Below, one piece after another: positions 59,705 through 64,000 of a stretch of DNA of 64,000 nucleotides. Below the pieces are notes generated by a model. The model did not search any database, was not told the origin of the DNA, and saw only the letters and a list, made by a program, of their open reading frames with translations. Each line of letters starts with the position of its first letter. Position 1 is the first letter of the stretch. The position numbers and the translations under genes are program-made. Source of the stretch: Obrimoposthia wandeli. Taxonomy: Eukaryota. Location of the stretch: NCBI GenBank assembly GCA_977020255.1, contig CDROCS010003444.1, positions 62,001 to 126,000 on the forward strand, given 5' to 3'.

Positions 59705-60938
59705 AACGCAAAGCCTCAGCTGGCTGGGTACGGGATGCTTTGAATGCCGGATATATTGTCGCTAAAAAGCTAATTGAAAAAGCCACAATGACGATCACTA
59801 ATACATCTTCCCAAATAAGTTGTGATGGTAAATCACTTATAAAATATACATCTGGGCTTAGTACTTGTATGCCAAAAAGCCGCTCAAAAAATTCCACTAA
59901 ATCACTAATTGTCAACGCTAATACGATTCCAAGAATAGTACCTAAAAAAGTACCTAAGCTACCAATCACTATCCCTTGCACCATAAATATACGCATGATA
60001 AGCCCTTGAGTTGCTCCCAATGTGCGCAGTATTGCAATATCAGATTTCTTGTCAGTAACCACCATTACCAAAGTGGAAACGATATTAAAAGCTGCTACAA
60101 ACACGATTAAAAAGAGTAACAACCCTACCATACGCTTTTCCATTTGAATCGCTTGAAATAAGTTGCCCTGAGTGCGTGTCCAATCAGATATTTGAAAAAT
60201 ACCATCTAACTTAATTGCTATATCACGCACCGCAACTGGCGCTTTGAATAAGTCATCAAAAGTAAGCCTTATTCCTTCAACCCCTTTCATACGCTTTATT
60301 CTAGCGGCATCGCCAATATGAATATAACCTAATGAACTGTCTAATTCAGCACCCACTGAAAACGTACCTACCACCGTAAACCGCTTTAAGCGTGGCGTTA
60401 CTCCAGCAATGCTAACGGATGCTTCTGGCAAAACTAATGTTACTTTATCATTAAGGTTCACACCGAGTTGCGCCGCTAAAAGATCGCCTAAAATGATATT
60501 AAAAGAACCTGCTTTCAAATTCTCCCAACTACCTGATGCTATGTGCTGAGTAACAATAGAAACTGCTTTTTCCGCTTGTGGATCAACTCCCTGCACAAAA
60601 GCTGGCTTAACTTGGCCATTATTGACAAGCATACCTTGTGCCTTTATAAAAGGAGCACTGGCTATAACGCGCTTATCAACAGAAATTTGCTTAGCTAAAC
60701 TTTGCCAATCACTGATAGTACTGTCATATCCGGTAATAGTGGCATGGGGAACCATACCTAAAATTCTACCGCGCAATTCACGATCGAAACCGTTCATAAC
60801 AGAGAGAACCACAATAAGTGCGGCGACACCCAACATCAGTCCCAACATTGAAACTAAAGAGATAAAGGAAATGAAATTATTGTTGCGCTTAGCTGCAGTA
60901 TATCGCAGGCCAACATACAAAGAGAATGGTTTAAACAT
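59697..60938 (-). CDS. lipoprotein-releasing ABC transporter permease (LolC/E/F type)
   Basis: LRYTAAKRNNNFISFIS, VLSVMNGFDRE, DWTRTQGNLFQAIQMEK, AAFNIVSTL and TIYPAFKAS...PAEALRYE. Confidence 0.93.
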   Translation of the reverse strand: MFKPFSLYVGLRYTAAKRNNNFISFISLVSMLGLMLGVAALIVVLSVMNGFDRELRGRILGMVPHATITGYDSTISDWQSLAKQISVDKRVIASAPFIKAQGMLVNNGQVKPAFVQGVDPQAEKAVSIVTQHIASGSWENLKAGSFNIILGDLLAAQLGVNLNDKVTLVLPEASVSIAGVTPRLKRFTVVGTFSVGAELDSSLGYIHIGDAARIKRMKGVEGIRLTFDDLFKAPVAVRDIAIKLDGIFQISDWTRTQGNLFQAIQMEKRMVGLLLFLIVFVAAFNIVSTLVMVVTDKKSDIAILRTLGATQGLIMRIFMVQGIVIGSLGTFLGTILGIVLALTISDLVEFFERLFGIQVLSPDVYFISDLPSQLIWEDVLVIVIVAFSISFLATIYPAFKASRTQPAEALRYE

Positions 60939-61317
60939 GGTGGCGAATTAGAACATATATATTAGCCTAACCCTAACGAAATCAATAAAAAATAGCGCTT
61001 TTAAGAACAACTTAACAAATTGGCTTTAATTCATTAATAATACAATGCTAAAAAGCAACACCGCTCTTTTTATATTTTTTATAACAGCTCTTTTTGCAGC
61101 GTATTTTTTATCCACTGCGCAAAGACACTAACCCGTTTTGGTAATAACTATGCGCATGCGTAAACAGCACTAGTCAGCATTTCTTCAGATTCAAAGGCAT
61201 CTAAAACAGTGGTTAGACCACCTTTTCCAGATGAGCATCAAGCTGATAAACTATAATCCAAAATCTATCAGCTTAATAACTTTTGCTTGCTACTTTTCAA
61301 ATTTCAACTTATGCTTT

Positions 61318-62703
61318 TCAACTCTCTCTAAACCAGCTAGTACCTTCGCGCGTATCTTTAAGAACTATCCCTTGGCCTAACAACTCATCTCTGATGCGAT
61401 CTGATTCAGCAAAGTCTTTATTCGCACGTGCTGTTTTACGATCGATAATTAGCTCATCAATTTGCGCTGCTGTAATTTCCCCCTCTTTCGCCTCACCTTG
61501 TAAAAATGCTTGCGGGTCTTGCTGTAACAACCCAAGACTTCCCGCTAATTCAAGCAATTGATGAGCTAGCGCAGGCGCTGTTACTAATTTCTGGCGCGTT
61601 GCTGTATTTAGCTCGTTGACTAATTCAAATAATACTGCAATAGCTTTTGGAGTATTAAAATCATCGTTCATTGCCGCTACAAAATCACGCTTGTAATGAT
61701 TATCTAGTGCCCCGGGTATTGCTTGCACATTACGTAGTGATTGATAAAAACGCTCTAACTTGATTTGCGCTTCTTTTAGTGAGTTTTCTGAATAATCAAT
61801 GTAGCTGCGATAGTGCACGCTGGTCAAAAACAAGCGCACTACTTCTGCATTGTATTTATCGAGTACATCCCGGATGGTGAAAAAATTACCTAACGATTTA
61901 GACATTTTCTCCGAGTTTACTCGCACCGCTCCTGCGTGCATCCAAAGATTGGCAAATGTACAACCATTCGCCGCTTCTGATTGTGCTATTTCATTTTCAT
62001 GGTGCGGAAACGGTAAATCAGGGCCTCCACCGTGAATATCAAAATTATCACCCAAACAATGCTTAGACATGGCAGAGCATTCAATATGCCAACCCGGGCG
62101 GCCATTACCCCATGGAGACTCCCAGCTAACCTCTCCTTCTTTAGCTGCTTTCCAAAGGACAAAATCAATCGGATTTTCTTTTACATCGTTAATCATTACA
62201 CGAGCTCCAGCGCGTAACTCATCAACGTTTTTATTGGTTAGCTTCCCGTATTCAGCAAATTTATGCACTCTATAATAAACATCGCCATTGCTGGCAGGAT
62301 ATGCATAACCTTTGTCTATTAATGTTTGTGTTATCTCAATAATGCCTTTGATATGCCCTGTAGCACGTGGTTCTTGATCAGGTGGCAATACAAACAGGCG
62401 TTTTTCATCTTCATGCATCGCGCCAATCATGCGTTCTGTTAGCTGCTCCATACTTTCGTTGTTTTCATTCGCGCGATTAAGAATTTTATCATCGACATCG
62501 GTGATATTACGTACATAATTAACCTTCCAGCCTTGAGAGCGCAAAAAACGGGTAATAACATCAAACGACACCATCACTCTTGCATGGCCTATATGACAAA
62601 AATCATAGACGGTCATGCCGCAAACATACATACTGATTTCGTTATTAACAAGTGGTTTAAAAGGCGCTTTTTGCTTAGTCAAAGTATCGTATATTTGTAA
62701 CAT
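61318..62703 (-). CDS. cysS: cysteinyl-tRNA synthetase
   Basis: YVCGMTVYDFCHIGH, DFVLWK, GRPGWHIECSAM, DIHGGG and KMSKS. Confidence 0.98.
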   Translation of the reverse strand: MLQIYDTLTKQKAPFKPLVNNEISMYVCGMTVYDFCHIGHARVMVSFDVITRFLRSQGWKVNYVRNITDVDDKILNRANENNESMEQLTERMIGAMHEDEKRLFVLPPDQEPRATGHIKGIIEITQTLIDKGYAYPASNGDVYYRVHKFAEYGKLTNKNVDELRAGARVMINDVKENPIDFVLWKAAKEGEVSWESPWGNGRPGWHIECSAMSKHCLGDNFDIHGGGPDLPFPHHENEIAQSEAANGCTFANLWMHAGAVRVNSEKMSKSLGNFFTIRDVLDKYNAEVVRLFLTSVHYRSYIDYSENSLKEAQIKLERFYQSLRNVQAIPGALDNHYKRDFVAAMNDDFNTPKAIAVLFELVNELNTATRQKLVTAPALAHQLLELAGSLGLLQQDPQAFLQGEAKEGEITAAQIDELIIDRKTARANKDFAESDRIRDELLGQGIVLKDTREGTSWFRES

Positions 62704-62983
62704 TTGATCCTACTTACAGGCTGTTTTAAGAGGCTGGCATTATAAACAAAATATAAGATTGAGCCTATAAAAACGATAGGCTCAATTGAAAAAATAGTTA
62801 CAAAAAATTTTTGAGCATCCAGCTTTGCCTTCATAAAGGATGTTCCTGTATTTACAAAGCCCATTAACTCAAATAATTGACACGACAGATATAACCCTTT
62901 ACAGCTACCTACCCTAAACTTAAGCAGCAATTATGAGCGTCCAAAGCAAGTAGCTTCCCTAGCTTTTTTTAAATTTAATCCAT

Positions 62984-63907
62984 TCAGGGCAGGGTAAATA
63001 CAGCAGCAATTTGTGATGTTAAACGGCTACTCTCTGCTGCAAGCACGAACTGTTTATCCCCTTTCCACACAATAGATTCCCATTGAGCATAAGGTTTAAT
63101 GGTGTAACGCACTGCACTTTGCCAATTTAAAGAATGATCTTTAACATCAACTAACCAAATGAACGAGTGACCAAAAACAGATTTTTGAGAATATCCTAAA
63201 AGTATCAGCTGTTCTGTTTTAGCATTATAATCAGCAGCAGTAATCAAGCCTTCAACAGGAAAGCTCGCCTCTGGTGAAAGCGTTTGCTCTGACTCGTGTT
63301 TGCTAACTCGATATAACTTGGTTTTAAAATCTTTACGGTTTTTACTAAACAGCCACAATTCATCTCCCACCACAGCTAAAGCTTCACTATCAAAATTATG
63401 CTTTCTTTGCGGCAAATAGTTTTGCTTATCTGCATAAACTATTTGTAAAGCACGACTAGATACACTTTCTTTGTTCACAGCGGAGTTCAAATCTCTTTTA
63501 GCGATTTTATATATATCAACGCTTTGCCTTATATCAATATTGTTACCCGTATCCGCTATATAAATATAATGATCATCTTCAGCGAGTTCTTCCCAATCTA
63601 AATTATATGCGTTTTTAATATCGATACTTTTTTTTAGCTTATAGGTACTTTGATCAAATCCGTATAGAGTTGCCTCACCGCCACTATCGTTAACCCCCCA
63701 ATACAGATCTTTGGAAGATGCTAGCCCCGACACTTCATTGAGTACTGAATTTAGCTTTACTTTTTTTATTGCTTTAAGCGTTTCAACCTTAACCTTAGCT
63801 GTAATTTCAGACGCAATAACCTGCTTATAATTAACAACAGCGGCAAGCGCCACAGTAAATAATACTATTTTTTGCAATTTTGACTTAAGCCTTAAGCTTT
63901 TTAACAT
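62984..63907 (-). CDS. secreted hypothetical beta-propeller-like protein
   Basis: N-terminal hydrophobic signal. EVSGLA, VNDSGG, DWEELA, YIADTGNN, NFDSEAL and GLITAAD resemble SdiA-regulated/phytase-like propellers. Confidence 0.7.
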   Translation of the reverse strand: MLKSLRLKSKLQKIVLFTVALAAVVNYKQVIASEITAKVKVETLKAIKKVKLNSVLNEVSGLASSKDLYWGVNDSGGEATLYGFDQSTYKLKKSIDIKNAYNLDWEELAEDDHYIYIADTGNNIDIRQSVDIYKIAKRDLNSAVNKESVSSRALQIVYADKQNYLPQRKHNFDSEALAVVGDELWLFSKNRKDFKTKLYRVSKHESEQTLSPEASFPVEGLITAADYNAKTEQLILLGYSQKSVFGHSFIWLVDVKDHSLNWQSAVRYTIKPYAQWESIVWKGDKQFVLAAESSRLTSQIAAVFTLP

Positions 63908-64000
63908 AACCTTCCTTGAATAGGGTCTGAAGTATTTTTCAATAAAAATACCACATTATAAGCTTGCCTTTGCAATTTTATCTCATCGCTGATTTTAATT

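Noticed and set aside
61283-61561. 92-aa ORF antisense to the cysS 3' end
   Set aside because: Typical shadow ORF of a conserved gene, with no independent evidence.

Overview
AT-rich (roughly 40% GC by eye, not computed) gammaproteobacterial chromosome segment, probably a marine Pseudomonadales/Oceanospirillales-like organism (inferred from gene order). Contents in order: the end of a purine-catabolism cluster (xdhB 3' part, xdhC, guaD, RutR-like TetR); a PilZ gene overlapping an NAD-kinase-like gene; pdxB; yciA; a Rhizobium-type asparaginase; a sensor GGDEF-EAL gene with a hexamer-repeat acidic tail; a divergent ppsA / pfkB pair around a consensus FNR class II promoter; epmC, rpiB, mltA, rlmF and an M24 peptidase; a DUF6471-like gene divergent from a yjfI-pspA(yjfJ)-K+ channel-yjfK-yjfL-yjfM-yjfC operon, followed by a rhomboid and a YeeE/YedE pair; a Pho-box ugpBAECQ-DeoR-HAD cluster; two Lrp-divergent enzyme modules (orphan astA, cystathionine gamma-synthase family); marC; a jetABC/mksFEB SMC operon with no jetD/mksG, directly downstream of kdsB, near where mukFEB lies in E. 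coli; the comEC-exbB-exbD-lpxK-ycaR-kdsB block without msbA; a single lolC/E plus lolD; and cysS. Two families of about 150-bp non-coding inverted-repeat (MITE-like) elements are present, and one copy supplies 39 extra codons to the end of lolD. No rRNA, tRNA, CRISPR array, integrase or transposase was recognised. The strongest leads are the nuclease-less JetABC operon, the MITE-lolD fusion, the PspA/K+-channel/GSP-synthetase operon with its divergent DUF6471-like gene, and the FNR promoter with an unexplained ~510-nt leader.
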